DNA of 64,000 bases, taken from assembly GCA_044223005.1 (NCBI GenBank), contig JBGAML010000017.1, positions 32,001 through 96,000 of the forward strand, in the 5' to 3' direction. The notes under the pieces were generated by a model. That model worked only from the letters and a program-made list of their open reading frames with translations, was not told where the DNA came from and made no database searches. Every line of letters starts with the position of its first letter. The stretch's first letter is position 1. Positions 29,553 through 39,758 of this stretch are shown one piece after another. A program made the translations under genes and the position numbers. The DNA comes from Candidatus Eiseniibacteriota bacterium. Lineage in GTDB: Bacteria > Eisenbacteria > RBG-16-71-46.

Positions 29553-30584
29553 ATGATCGATCGCGCCGTCACATTGTCCCAGTTCGTGCTTCAGCAGGAA
29601 CGGGATCACCCCGAAGCGAGTGGCGAGTTCACGAGCGTCCTGCTCGACATCGCGCTGGCCGCCAAGATGATCAACAAGGCGGTCGTGCGGGCCGGGCTGG
29701 TCGACGTGCTCGGCGCGACGGGCACCACCAACGTCCAGGGCGAACGCGTCCAGAAGCTCGACGTGTTCGCGCACGAGACGATCATGATGGTGCTCGGCTC
29801 CACGGGCCAGCTGGCCGTGGTGGCTTCGGAGGAGGACGAGGGCATCGTCCCGATGCCCGACGGCGCGCCGATCGGCAAGTACGTGGTGAACTTCGACCCG
29901 CTCGACGGCTCGTCGAACATCGACGCGAACGTCAACATCGGGACGATCTTCTCCATCCTGCCGCGCATCTCGCGCAAGGGGCACGGTACGGTCGAGGACT
30001 GCCTGCAGGCGGGCCGGCGCCAATTGTGCGCCGGCTACGTCCTCTACGGCACCACGACGATGCTCGTCTACACGACCGGCGACGGCGTGCACGGGTTCAC
30101 GTTCGAGCCCAGCATCGGCGAGTTCCTGCTCTCGCACCCGAACATCCGCACGCCCTCGCGCGGACGGATCTACAGCGTGAACGAGGGCAACTACGGCAAG
30201 TGGTCCGACGGCATGAAGCGCTACGTCGACTGGCTCAAGCAGGAAGACAAGGCGACAGGCCGGCCGTACAGCGGACGCTACGTCGGCTCGCTGGTCGCGG
30301 ACTTCCACCGCAACCTGCTCTACGGGGGCATCTACCTCTACCCCGGCGACGGCAAGAACCCGAACGGCAAGCTGCGCCTGCTCTACGAGTGCGCGCCGCT
30401 GGCGTTCATCGCCGAGCAGGCGGGCGGCGCGGCGAGCAACGGCTCACGGCGCATCATGGATCTCGCGCCCGAGTCGCTGCACCAGCGTTCGCCGATCTTC
30501 ATCGGCAGCCCCGAAGACGTGAAGGATTGCGAGCAGTTCCTCGCCGGGCGGCACGAGGCGGTCACCAGCGAGCGCCGCGCGTAG
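29553..30584 (+). CDS. fbp: class 1 fructose-1,6-bisphosphatase
   Basis: NVQGERVQKLD, ASEE, FDPLDGSSN, YSVNEGN, RYVGSLVADFHRNLLYGG, GKLRLLYE. Confidence 0.97.
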   Translation: MIDRAVTLSQFVLQQERDHPEASGEFTSVLLDIALAAKMINKAVVRAGLVDVLGATGTTNVQGERVQKLDVFAHETIMMVLGSTGQLAVVASEEDEGIVPMPDGAPIGKYVVNFDPLDGSSNIDANVNIGTIFSILPRISRKGHGTVEDCLQAGRRQLCAGYVLYGTTTMLVYTTGDGVHGFTFEPSIGEFLLSHPNIRTPSRGRIYSVNEGNYGKWSDGMKRYVDWLKQEDKATGRPYSGRYVGSLVADFHRNLLYGGIYLYPGDGKNPNGKLRLLYECAPLAFIAEQAGGAASNGSRRIMDLAPESLHQRSPIFIGSPEDVKDCEQFLAGRHEAVTSERRA

Positions 30585-30604
30585 CACCCAAGCCGCAAAC
30601 GTCA

Positions 30605-30642
30605 CGACGGCCCGCCGCGCTCGCGGCGGGCCGTCGCGTTTT
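30605..30642 (+). terminator. intrinsic terminator after fbp
   Basis: cgacggcccgccgc-gctc-gcggcgggccgtcg followed by cgtttt. Confidence 0.75.
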
Positions 30643-30935
30643 CGCCCCGGGAAACGCAGGCGCGGCGGGCGTGGCCGGCGGGCGTCCGGGGTGCTAGCGT
30701 TGTGGACGTGAGGCGCAGGCGCGGCGCCCGGTCGTGGCAGGACGATCTCCCGCACGGGGCCGCGTCGCCCGGAGGGTGCGGCGAGCCGCCCCGTGGCCGC
30801 GAGGTGCGGCCCGCCACCCGGCGGTGATCCGCTGCCGGCATCGCCCCCTCCCCGCGCGCGTTCGCGTGCACTCGTCCGCCTCGCCGGCCGCGGGCCGTCG
30901 CTTCGCCGCCTCGCGCGGAAAGGAGGCGAGAGCCC

Positions 30936-31628
30936 ATGTCGACCGATCCCCGGAACTCCCGGGGCGCGGCTCCGTATCTCGTCGCGTTCGCCGTGCTGGC
31001 GCTGCTGGCCGGTGCGATCGCCGGCGAGGCGCGACCGAAGCGGCGGCCGCCGACCCCGGCCCCCGTCACGGATTCGACGCTCGCACTGCCCGACCCCGAC
31101 GTGCGGGACACGCCCGCCAATCTCCAGCTCCTGTTCGCCGTCGAAGTGAACGCGCAGGCCCGCTACCAGGCCTTCGCGCAACAGGCCGTGGTGGAACATC
31201 GCGACTCGCTCGCAGCGCTCTTCCGCGCGTGTGCCGTCGCGGAATCGGTGCACGCGAAGCGCCACGTCGAGGCGATCGCCACCACCGGCGCGCCCGCGCG
31301 CGCGGTGCTGGAGAAGCTCGCGGTCGGTACCACCGACGCCAACCTCGAGACCGCGCTGGCGCACGAACGCTGGGAGGTCGAACGGCTCTATCCCGCGATG
31401 CGCGACCGGGCGCGGGCGCAGGGCCACGCCATGGCGGTTCGCAGCACCACCTACGCCCTGGCGGCCGAGCGCGGCCACCTCGCGCTGCTCGAGGCCGCGA
31501 AGGCGGGGCGTCTGCCGGCGAACGGCTACTGGGTCTGTGGCGGCTGCGGCCGCACGGTCACCGAAGCGCCGCGCGGCCACTGCCCGACCTGCTTCGCCAA
31601 CGCGCGCCGGTTCGTGCACACGAGTTGA
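30936..31628 (+). CDS. rubrerythrin family protein with N-terminal signal/TM segment
   Basis: Diiron ligands AVEVNAQARY, AESVH, HERWE...LYP, AERGH; rubredoxin-like CGGC...CPTC; hydrophobic N-terminus. Confidence 0.88.
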   Translation: MSTDPRNSRGAAPYLVAFAVLALLAGAIAGEARPKRRPPTPAPVTDSTLALPDPDVRDTPANLQLLFAVEVNAQARYQAFAQQAVVEHRDSLAALFRACAVAESVHAKRHVEAIATTGAPARAVLEKLAVGTTDANLETALAHERWEVERLYPAMRDRARAQGHAMAVRSTTYALAAERGHLALLEAAKAGRLPANGYWVCGGCGRTVTEAPRGHCPTCFANARRFVHTS

Positions 31629-31678
31629 CCCACCGGCGGCGCGGCCGAGCGCCGAGCCGCCGTGACCGGAGGCTTGCC

Positions 31679-32215
31679 ATGTTGCTCTCCTTCTGGCCAT
31701 CGCTGCCGGGGTGGGACGGACTCCACCCCGCGCTGACCCACTTCCCCGTCGCGCTGCTGTTCGTGGCGCCGCTGCTGGTGCTGGCCTGCGGCATCGCCAG
31801 CGCGCTGGGCCGGCCCGCGTGGCGCCCCTGGGCCGACGCGGCGCTCGTCGTGCTCGCGCTCGGCGCGCTGTCGGCGTGGCTTGCCGCCGGCAGCGGGCAC
31901 GCCGCGGCGCAACTCGTCGATCACGGCGGCGCGCTCGCGGCCCCGATCGCGCGACACGAGCGGCTGGGCGTCGCGACGCGTGACTTGTTCACGCTGCTCG
32001 CGCTCGCATGGGCGGTGATCGCGCTGCTGCCGTGGCTGCGGCGCGAGCAGGCGCCGCGCGCGGTGCGGATCGCGCTCCACGCGGTCTTCCTCGTCGCGCT
32101 CGTGGCCGGGCTCGGACGGCTCGCACGCACGGCGGACGCCGGCGGACGGCTGGTGCACGAGCGCGGCGTGCAGGCGATGGTGGCGTCGGTCCCGGCGCCG
32201 CCGCCGGCGCACTGA
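31679..32215 (+). CDS. DUF2231-like membrane protein
   Basis: LHPALTHFPVALL, AAGSG, IARHE, GGRLVHERGV; about 4 TM segments. Confidence 0.8.
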   Translation: MLLSFWPSLPGWDGLHPALTHFPVALLFVAPLLVLACGIASALGRPAWRPWADAALVVLALGALSAWLAAGSGHAAAQLVDHGGALAAPIARHERLGVATRDLFTLLALAWAVIALLPWLRREQAPRAVRIALHAVFLVALVAGLGRLARTADAGGRLVHERGVQAMVASVPAPPPAH

Positions 32216-32407
32216 AGCTCACCGGTTCGATGCGGGACGCCGCGCTGCGGCGCCCCGCGCCGGCGCATCGCCGTTCACCCCCGCCGAACGCCCGGGCGAC
32301 CGCTCGGCGGCCCACTGGCCGCGTTCGTGACCGGGTGCGTTGCACCGGCGGGCGCGCATCTGAGAGGCTCCGCGCGGTTGCGATCGTCCCCTTTCCCGGA
32401 GACCCCG

Positions 32408-34510
32408 ATGCGAACCTTTCTCGCGCTCGTCGCGCTCACGGCCGCCATGTCCACTGCATCACATGCCGCACCGCCTCCCGACGATTCCGCCCTCTGGCTC
32501 GAGGACGTGACCGGGGCCCGTGCCCTCGACTGGGTGCACCAGCAGGATAGCGTGTCGACGCAGATGATCTCGCACTCCGCCGGCTTCGAGGACATGCGGG
32601 GCAAGTTCCTCGAGATCCTCGATTCCAATGCGCGCATTCCCGCGGTCACCAAATACGGCGACCTCTACTACAACTTCTGGCGCGACCGGCAGCACCCGCG
32701 CGGCCTCTGGCGCCGCACGACGCTCGACGAGTACAAGAAGGCGGAGCCGGCGTGGGAGACGGTGCTCGACCTCGACGCGCTCTCGGCGTCCGAGAAGGAG
32801 AACTGGGTCTGGGGCGGCGCCGACGTCCTGCCGCCCGCCGACGTCCGCTGCCTGATCTCGCTCTCGCGCGGCGGCGCCGACGCGCACGTGATCCGCGAGT
32901 TCGACCTGTCGACCAAGTCGTTCGTCGAGGGCGGCTTCGAGCTGCCCGAGTCGAAGAGCGACGTCAACTGGATCGACCAGGACCACGTCTACGTGGGCGT
33001 CGCGTTCGACGCCTCCACGGTCACGACGTCCGGGTACCCGCGGACGATCAAGCTCTGGACGCGCGGCACGCCCGTCGCCTCGGCGACGCCCGTGTACGAG
33101 GGGCAGGCGAACGACGTCTCGATCAACGCCTTCCACACGTTCACGCCCGGCTTCGAGCGTGACTTCGTTCAGCGCAGCATGTCGTTCTACACGAACGTCG
33201 TCTTCCTCGTCCGCGACGGCAAGCTCGTGAAGGTCGAAAAGCCCGAGGACGTCGACCTGAGCACGTTCCGCGAGTGGTTCCTGTTCCAGCCGCGCAAGGC
33301 GTGGACGCTGGGCGGCCACACGTGGCCCGGCGGCTCGCTCCTGGCCGCGAAGGCCGACGACTGGATGGCCGGCAAGCACGAACTGCAGGCGGTCTTCACG
33401 CCCACTGCGCGCGTGTCGCTGGACGGCACCAGCGCGACGAAGAACACGCTGCTGCTGCACCTGCTCGACAACGTGCGCAGCCGGATCGAAGTGGTGAAGT
33501 TCGAGAACGGCCAGTGGACGCACGCGGCGCTACCCGGCCTGCCCGAGTTCGGCACGATCTCCGCGGGCGCCGTGGACCGCTTCGAATCGGACGACTACTG
33601 GCTCACGATCACCGACTTCCTCACCCCCAGCAGCCTGCTGATGGGCAGCGTGGGCGGCGGGCCGGCCGAGAAGCTCAAGCAGTCGCCGGCGTTCTTCGAC
33701 GCGTCGAACGCCGTCGTGACGCAGCACGAGGCCGTGAGCAAGGACGGCACGAAGATTCCCTACTTCGAGGTCGCGCCGAAGAACCTCAAGCTCGACGGCA
33801 CCGCGCCGACGATGCTGACCGGTTACGGCGGCTTCGAGGTCTCCGAGCTGCCCTACTACAGCGGCGTGCAGGGCAAGGGCTGGATCGAGCGCGGCGGCGT
33901 GATGGTCGTGGCGAACATCCGCGGCGGCGGCGAGTTCGGGCCGTCGTGGCACGAGGCCGGCGTGAAGGCCAACCGCCACCACTGCTACGAGGACTTCATC
34001 GCCGTCGGCGAGGACCTCGTGAAGCGCAAGGTGACGAGCCCCGCGCACCTCGGCTGCATCGGCGGCTCGAACGGCGGCCTGCTCGTGGGCAACATGCTCA
34101 CCATGCGCCCCGACCTCTTCGGCGCCGTCGTCTGCGAGGCCCCTCTGCTCGACATGCAGCGCTACCACAAGCTGCTCGCGGGCGCGTCGTGGATGGGCGA
34201 GTACGGCAATCCGGACGACCCGAAGGAGTGGGCGTTCATCCGCGAGTTCTCGCCGTACCACAACCTGAAGAAGGAGACGAAGTACCCGCCGGTGCTCTTC
34301 ACGAGCTCGACGCGCGACGACCGCGTACACCCGGGTCACGCGCGCCGCATGGTGTACAGGATGCTCGCGCAGGGACACGAGAACGTCTGGTACTACGAGA
34401 ACGTCGAGGGCGGCCACGCCGGCGCGGCGAACAACCCGCAGCGCGCGTTCATGTCGGCGCTCGCCTACCAGTTCCTGTGGGACCACCTGTCGCGGCCGCT
34501 GGTGCCCTGA
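32408..34510 (+). CDS. prolyl oligopeptidase (S9A) with signal peptide
   Basis: LWLED, SKDGTKIPYF, YGGF, ANIRGGGEFG, GGSNGG, DDRVHPGH, EGGH. Confidence 0.96.
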   Translation: MRTFLALVALTAAMSTASHAAPPPDDSALWLEDVTGARALDWVHQQDSVSTQMISHSAGFEDMRGKFLEILDSNARIPAVTKYGDLYYNFWRDRQHPRGLWRRTTLDEYKKAEPAWETVLDLDALSASEKENWVWGGADVLPPADVRCLISLSRGGADAHVIREFDLSTKSFVEGGFELPESKSDVNWIDQDHVYVGVAFDASTVTTSGYPRTIKLWTRGTPVASATPVYEGQANDVSINAFHTFTPGFERDFVQRSMSFYTNVVFLVRDGKLVKVEKPEDVDLSTFREWFLFQPRKAWTLGGHTWPGGSLLAAKADDWMAGKHELQAVFTPTARVSLDGTSATKNTLLLHLLDNVRSRIEVVKFENGQWTHAALPGLPEFGTISAGAVDRFESDDYWLTITDFLTPSSLLMGSVGGGPAEKLKQSPAFFDASNAVVTQHEAVSKDGTKIPYFEVAPKNLKLDGTAPTMLTGYGGFEVSELPYYSGVQGKGWIERGGVMVVANIRGGGEFGPSWHEAGVKANRHHCYEDFIAVGEDLVKRKVTSPAHLGCIGGSNGGLLVGNMLTMRPDLFGAVVCEAPLLDMQRYHKLLAGASWMGEYGNPDDPKEWAFIREFSPYHNLKKETKYPPVLFTSSTRDDRVHPGHARRMVYRMLAQGHENVWYYENVEGGHAGAANNPQRAFMSALAYQFLWDHLSRPLVP

Positions 34511-34537
34511 AGGTACGCGTCGCGAACCGGAAGCACG

Positions 34538-34567
34538 CGGCGGGCGGGGCCTCGGCTCCGCCCGCCG
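34538..34567. terminator. hairpin between convergent genes
   Basis: cggcgggcggggc-ctcg-gctccgcccgccg. Confidence 0.5.
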
Positions 34568-34616
34568 TTCGCTTGCAGCGTCACGCGAGGGTGACCACGC
34601 AACGCGTTGCCGTGCA

Positions 34617-37106
34617 TCACCTCACGAGTGCGATGCGCAACGTCGCGACGGCACCGCCGCGGAGCCTCGCGAGGTAGAGTCCCGGCGCCAGCGGGGCCCC
34701 GGAATCGTCCCGGCCGTCCCAGCCCAGGAGCGCCTCCCCGCGCCCGTCGACGCTCGCGACCAGCGCGCGGACCCGACGTCCCGCGGGGTCGAACACGTCC
34801 ACCTGGGCGCGGCCCGGCTCGAGCCCGGTGAAACGGAGCATCACCTCGGCCTGCGCTGGGTTCGGCCATGCGCGAGCCGCTGCGACGGCCGCCGCGGGCG
34901 GCGCCACGTCCACGAATGCTCCACCCATGTTGCGCAGGATCGAGACGCACCCGGCCTCGTTGTTCGCGGTGACGAGGTCGACGCGTGTGTGGCCCGCGAG
35001 CACCCCCGCCGCGAGTCCGTACGGGTGCCGCCCCGCGCCGAAATGCTGCGCGGCGCCGAACGTCCCGTTGCCGCGGCCGCGCAGCACCGACACCGTGGCG
35101 GCCGTGTAGTTCGCGGTGGCGACGTCGAGCCGGCCGTCGCCGTCGAAGTCGGCGGTCGCCACGCACGAGGCGTTCTCCCCGGCTCCGTAGTCCACGTGAG
35201 CGGCCAGCGTGCCGTCGCCATTGCCGCGCAGCACCGAGACCGTGTTCGTGCTGCTGTTCGCCGTCACGACGTCGAGCTTGCCGTCGGCGTCGAAGTCCGC
35301 CAGCGCGAGCGACGACGGCTGCGGGCCGCACGGATGCGGGACCGCCGCGGCGAACGCGCCGCCACCGGTGCCGAGCAGCACCGCGACCTGGCCGTACTGC
35401 GCATCGACGGCGACGAGGTCGGGAACCGCGTCGGCGTTCATGCGCCCGATGGCGACGCCGTAGACGGGCCCGCCGACCGCATACGAGGTGGCGGGCCCGA
35501 ACGCTCCGCCGCCGATGCCGGGCAGTACGTCGATCTCGCCGCTACCGGCGATGGCGACCGCGAGGTCGGCGATCCCGTCGGCATCCAGGTCGCCGACGGC
35601 GGTCGCGTAGGGGTAGCTCCCGCACGGGAAGGCGGTCGGCGGCGTGAAGCCGCCGTTGCCGTGCCCGAGCAGCACCGAAACACTCCCGGGCGAATCGGAG
35701 TTGCACACGACGAGGTCCAGGTCCCCTTCACCGCTCACGTCCGCGATCGAGACGTGCAACGGCAGCGCTCCCGCGTCGTACGTCCAGCGCTCCCGGAACG
35801 TCATGTTGCCCGCGGCCATCGACAGGGAGATCGTGCCGGCCCCGTAGTCGGCCGTGACGATGTCCAGCCAGCCGTCCCCGTTCACGTCGCCCAGCGCCAC
35901 CGAGTTCGGCGTGGCCCCGGTCGCGCAGTCGACACGGTTCGCGAAGTTCCCTCCGCCCAGCCCGAGGAAGACCCACGCGTTCGAGTTCTCCTGGTTCGCG
36001 ACGACGAAGTCGCGCCGACCGTCTCCGTCCAGGTCCGCGCACGCGAGGCCGTCGGCGAGCCCGCCGCACGCGAGGTCGGTGCGGGCGCCGAGCGCCGTGC
36101 CGCCGAGTCCGGGAAACAGCGAGAGCTGGCTCACGATCAGGCTCGCGATCGTCGCGACATCGAGCACGCCGTCGCCGTTCCAGTCGACGAGGATCGCGAG
36201 CAGCGTGGACTTCGGGCACGCGTAGTCGGCACGGGCCGCGAACGAGCCGGCCCCGGTCCCGCGGAATACCGACAGCGTGCTCGCCGGGCTGCCGGAGGCC
36301 ACCCCCACGAGATCCGGAAAGCCGTCGACATCGAGATCTCCCACGGTCACGAAGCGCGTGCTCGCCACCCCCGCGAGGCTCACCGGTCCCGCGAAGGCAC
36401 CCCCGCCGGTGCCCGCGAAGATCTTCACCGTCCCGTCCGTCGAACAGGCGGCGACGAGGTCGAGCGTGCCGTCCCCCGTCACGTCCGCGACGGTGACGCC
36501 CGACGGCGTCGCGGCCACGGCGATCGGCTGCGCGGCGCCGAACGATCCGGCGCCCGTGCCGGGCAGGATGTCGATCACGCCCTGCGTCGGCCCGCCGCCG
36601 GCGCAACCGACCACGAGGTCGGGCCAGCCGTCCCCGGTCAGGTCGGCGAGCGCGACACTCGTCGGGTAGTTGGCCGTCGCGTACGCCACGCGTGGCTGGA
36701 ACGTCCCGTCCCCCTTGCCGAGCAGCACCGACACCGTCGCGTTCACGAAGTTGACGACCACCACATCGCGCTTGGCGTCGCCACTGACATCCGCGACGGC
36801 GAGGTTCTCGGGGTAGCTGCCGGCGACCGTCTCGATCCGGCTGGCGAACGTGCCGTCGCCGTTGCCGGGCAGCACCGCGATCGTGCCCGAGTTGATGTTC
36901 GAGGTGACGAGATCCGGCCTGCCGTCACCCGTCACGTCGGCGAGCGCGGCCGCGTAGGGACCCGCACCGGTGTCGAACGAACGTGGGGCGCAGAAGAGCG
37001 GAGCACCGTGCGGGGCGCGCGCGAGGAGCGTGATCAGCAGCGCCGCGAGGATCAGCGCGAGGCGGGCGTGCCGGGGGTGCACGGGTGCCGTCGTGGGAGC
37101 GGACAT
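34617..37106 (-). CDS. secreted FG-GAP/VCBS repeat protein with FlgD-Ig-like C-terminal domain
   Basis: About 14 repeats of (A/G)DxxGDGxxDLV...SVLLGxGxGxF; C-terminal AWPNP...DPAGRRVR...WDGRDDSGAPLAPGLYLARL. Confidence 0.9.
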   Translation of the reverse strand: MSAPTTAPVHPRHARLALILAALLITLLARAPHGAPLFCAPRSFDTGAGPYAAALADVTGDGRPDLVTSNINSGTIAVLPGNGDGTFASRIETVAGSYPENLAVADVSGDAKRDVVVVNFVNATVSVLLGKGDGTFQPRVAYATANYPTSVALADLTGDGWPDLVVGCAGGGPTQGVIDILPGTGAGSFGAAQPIAVAATPSGVTVADVTGDGTLDLVAACSTDGTVKIFAGTGGGAFAGPVSLAGVASTRFVTVGDLDVDGFPDLVGVASGSPASTLSVFRGTGAGSFAARADYACPKSTLLAILVDWNGDGVLDVATIASLIVSQLSLFPGLGGTALGARTDLACGGLADGLACADLDGDGRRDFVVANQENSNAWVFLGLGGGNFANRVDCATGATPNSVALGDVNGDGWLDIVTADYGAGTISLSMAAGNMTFRERWTYDAGALPLHVSIADVSGEGDLDLVVCNSDSPGSVSVLLGHGNGGFTPPTAFPCGSYPYATAVGDLDADGIADLAVAIAGSGEIDVLPGIGGGAFGPATSYAVGGPVYGVAIGRMNADAVPDLVAVDAQYGQVAVLLGTGGGAFAAAVPHPCGPQPSSLALADFDADGKLDVVTANSSTNTVSVLRGNGDGTLAAHVDYGAGENASCVATADFDGDGRLDVATANYTAATVSVLRGRGNGTFGAAQHFGAGRHPYGLAAGVLAGHTRVDLVTANNEAGCVSILRNMGGAFVDVAPPAAAVAAARAWPNPAQAEVMLRFTGLEPGRAQVDVFDPAGRRVRALVASVDGRGEALLGWDGRDDSGAPLAPGLYLARLRGGAVATLRIALVR

Positions 37107-37334
37107 CGTGGGTCTCCCACGCGCCGGACCGCGCGCAACCGCGACGTTCCAGGCCGGGTGGGGCCGGCGCGAGTTCGGAGAGCATTCCCCCCTGCGGTTG
37201 CGCCCCGCGCACTGGAACACCGCGAGCGTAGCGCTGCCGCGCGACGACTCCAACGGAGAACGTATGCCGGCGCCAGAAACGACACGGCGGGCGGCCGCGT
37301 CACGCGGCCACCCGCCGAGAGTTTCAGCGTTCGA

Positions 37335-37694
37335 TCAGGGTGTGACGCGCCGGTGCTCCATGATCACGGCCGCGGTGGTCGATCCGAGCGTGAACGCCGA
37401 ACGGAACTCGCCCTCGACGCCGACCTTCGCGCCCTCGCGCGGCGCACCGCCGCCCTGGCTCACGACGGCGATCGCACCGGTGCCGTCGTCGATCTGGTAC
37501 GCGCCGTAGCCGAGGATGCCGAGCGACTTGGTGACGTTGCCCGCGATGCGCACGGTCTGCTTGTCGAAGCGCGACGGGTCGTCGAGCAGCGTCTTGATGG
37601 GCGTGACCTGCACGTTGCCCTTGCAGCCGGCGACGAGGGCCACACCGAGCAGCGCGGCGACGATCAGGGTACGGCCGAGAGTACGACGCATCAT
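37335..37694 (-). CDS. small lipoprotein, probable OB-fold
   Basis: Lipobox LVAGC; TPIKTLL..P..F...VRIAGNV...YQIDDGTGAIAV...VGVEG. Confidence 0.75.
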   Translation of the reverse strand: MMRRTLGRTLIVAALLGVALVAGCKGNVQVTPIKTLLDDPSRFDKQTVRIAGNVTKSLGILGYGAYQIDDGTGAIAVVSQGGGAPREGAKVGVEGEFRSAFTLGSTTAAVIMEHRRVTP

Positions 37695-37795
37695 GAAGGG
37701 CCTCTCCGTTAGGTCGGGAAGCAAGGGGAACGCGGGGAAGCTAGCACGCGGGCCGCCCGCCGTCAGCCGCAGGGTGGACCGCCCGCGCGGCCGGT

Positions 37796-38590
37796 TCAGT
37801 CCAGCGCGACCGCGATCGCTTCGGCGAGGCCGCCCGCGTCCACGTCGCCCACCACCACGCTGGCGCGCGCCTTCACCTCGGGCGGGGCGTTGCCCATCGC
37901 GATCCCGAGCCCGGCGGCGAGCAGCGCGTCGAGGTCGTTGGCGCCGTCGCCCACCATCGCCACCTGCGTCGGCTCGAGGCCGTGGTGCGCGGCCAGCCAG
38001 CGGAGCGCAGTCGACTTGGAGGTACCGCGGCGCACGAGGTTCGAGAACACCGTCCCCGGCGACCACGGCGCCGTGGCCGGGTGCGCGTCGACGTCGCCCA
38101 GCGACTCCACCAGCGCGCGGAAGTGCGGCCAGCGGCTCTCGTGCACGACCCACTGCGCGCGCACCGCGGGCTCGGGCAGGTTCGCCGGATCGACGATCTC
38201 CGCCTCCATCTCGAGGTGCTCGGCGTGCACGCGCGTCAGCTCGGTGTGCCGCTCGAGGAAGAAGCGCGTCTCGCTGTAGAGCTCGATCGGCTCGTCCTCG
38301 CGCCGCGACATCTCGACGAGCGCGCGGCACGAGGCCTCCGGCAGTCGGCTCGCGTACTCGGCGGGCTGCCCCGGGCGCGAGACCACCGCGCCGCTCTGAA
38401 ACACGTGCAGTCCCTCCGGCGCAATGCGGCGCGCGTAGTCGAGCGCGAGCCCGCGGCCGATCCGGCCGGTGCAGAGCGCGACGGGCACGCCGCGCGCGCG
38501 GGCCGTGTCCAGCGCCACCCAGGTCGTCTCGTGGACGCCGTTCTTCCCCACCAGCGTGCCGTCGACGTCGATGAGGATCAGCCCGATCAC
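37796..38590 (-). CDS. Cof-type HAD-IIB hydrolase
   Basis: LIDVDGTL, LCTGR, GTSKS, VGDGANDL, AMGNA. Confidence 0.92.
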   Translation of the reverse strand: MIGLILIDVDGTLVGKNGVHETTWVALDTARARGVPVALCTGRIGRGLALDYARRIAPEGLHVFQSGAVVSRPGQPAEYASRLPEASCRALVEMSRREDEPIELYSETRFFLERHTELTRVHAEHLEMEAEIVDPANLPEPAVRAQWVVHESRWPHFRALVESLGDVDAHPATAPWSPGTVFSNLVRRGTSKSTALRWLAAHHGLEPTQVAMVGDGANDLDALLAAGLGIAMGNAPPEVKARASVVVGDVDAGGLAEAIAVALD

Positions 38591-39042
38591 GCCTGGTCGC
38601 CTCGTGGCCAGAGCGACGCGATCCGCCAGCGGATCTCGTCGCGGACTTCGCGGAACGCGTCGAGCTGCTGGTCCTTCGGCACCAGCGAGGGATCGGGCAG
38701 CAGCCAGAAGACGCGGCGCACTTCGGCCTCGACCGTCGGGCACGCCTGCGCGTCCTCGGCGCAGAGCGTCACCACGGTGTCGGCGCTGCGCCAGTCGACG
38801 TCGGCGAGCGACTTGGAAACGTGGTGGGAGATGTCGATGCCGACCTCGGCCATCACCTCGATCGCGAGCGGGTGCAGTCCGCGCGGCTCGCTGCCCGCGC
38901 TCATCACCGTCGCGCCCGGGGGCGCCATGGTGCGCGCGAAGCCTTCCGCGATCTGGCTGCGCGAGGCGTTGTGGATGCAGAGGAACAGCAGCTTTTCGGG
39001 CGGTCGCGTGACGAACGCCGCCGGGCGGACGATCTCGCTCAT
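38587..39042 (-). CDS. arsC: arsenate reductase, LMW-PTP/thioredoxin type
   Basis: P-loop LFLCIHNASRSQIAEG, SAGS, resolving cysteines TLC...ACP, DP. Confidence 0.85.
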   Translation of the reverse strand: MSEIVRPAAFVTRPPEKLLFLCIHNASRSQIAEGFARTMAPPGATVMSAGSEPRGLHPLAIEVMAEVGIDISHHVSKSLADVDWRSADTVVTLCAEDAQACPTVEAEVRRVFWLLPDPSLVPKDQQLDAFREVRDEIRWRIASLWPRGDQA

Positions 39043-39713
39043 GGCCGGCTCCTCAGGATGACGGACCAGTAGACGCGCGCCGCCGCCGCGCCACCGAGCA
39101 GCGGCGCGACCCAGTAGAGCCACTGATCGCGCCACGTGCCGGACACCAGCGCCGCGCCGAACGCGCGCGCCGGGTTCATGGCGCCGCCGGTCAGCGGCCC
39201 CGCGACCAGGATGCCGACCAGCACCGTGAGCCCGATGCCGAAGCCGCCGATGCGCGGCGCGCGCTCGTCGACGGCGGTACCCCAGACGGCGGTGACGAGG
39301 AAGAACGTGAGCACGAACTCGAGGATGAAGGCCTGCGACGCACCGAGCCCGGCCGCGACGACCGGCACGCCGTAGTGCACCGCGTCGCCCGCCTCGCCCG
39401 GCACCGCCGCGCGCAGCAGCACGCTCGCGACCACGGCACCCAGCACCTGCGAGAGCCAGTAGGTGATCGCGCTGGTCCACGACTGGCGGCCCGTGACCAC
39501 GAACCCGAACGTCACCGCCGGGTTGAAGTGGCCGCCCGAGACCGAGCCGAGCGCGCTGATCATGACCGCCAGTACGATGCCGTGCGCGGCCGCGATCGTG
39601 AGCAGGTCGTTCCGCCCGAGGAGGTGCTGGACGACGATCGAGCCCTGGCCCGCGAAGCACAGCGCGAACGTGCCGAGGAACTCCGCCCAGTACGACTTGG
39701 GTCCCTGGTCCAT
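39039..39713 (-). CDS. aquaporin / MIP channel
   Basis: AEFLGT, SGGHFNPAVT, GGAMNPARAFG, WLYWVAPLLG. Confidence 0.96.
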   Translation of the reverse strand: MDQGPKSYWAEFLGTFALCFAGQGSIVVQHLLGRNDLLTIAAAHGIVLAVMISALGSVSGGHFNPAVTFGFVVTGRQSWTSAITYWLSQVLGAVVASVLLRAAVPGEAGDAVHYGVPVVAAGLGASQAFILEFVLTFFLVTAVWGTAVDERAPRIGGFGIGLTVLVGILVAGPLTGGAMNPARAFGAALVSGTWRDQWLYWVAPLLGGAAAARVYWSVILRSRP

Positions 39714-39758
39714 GCGGTTCTCCGGGTGACGGGTGACGGCCGATCGAAAGGCCGCGAC

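Noticed and set aside
30700..30935. Long leader with CGCCTC anti-SD copies upstream of the rubrerythrin
   Set aside because: 6-nt complementarity is expected by chance at this GC content, and no known riboswitch motif was recognised
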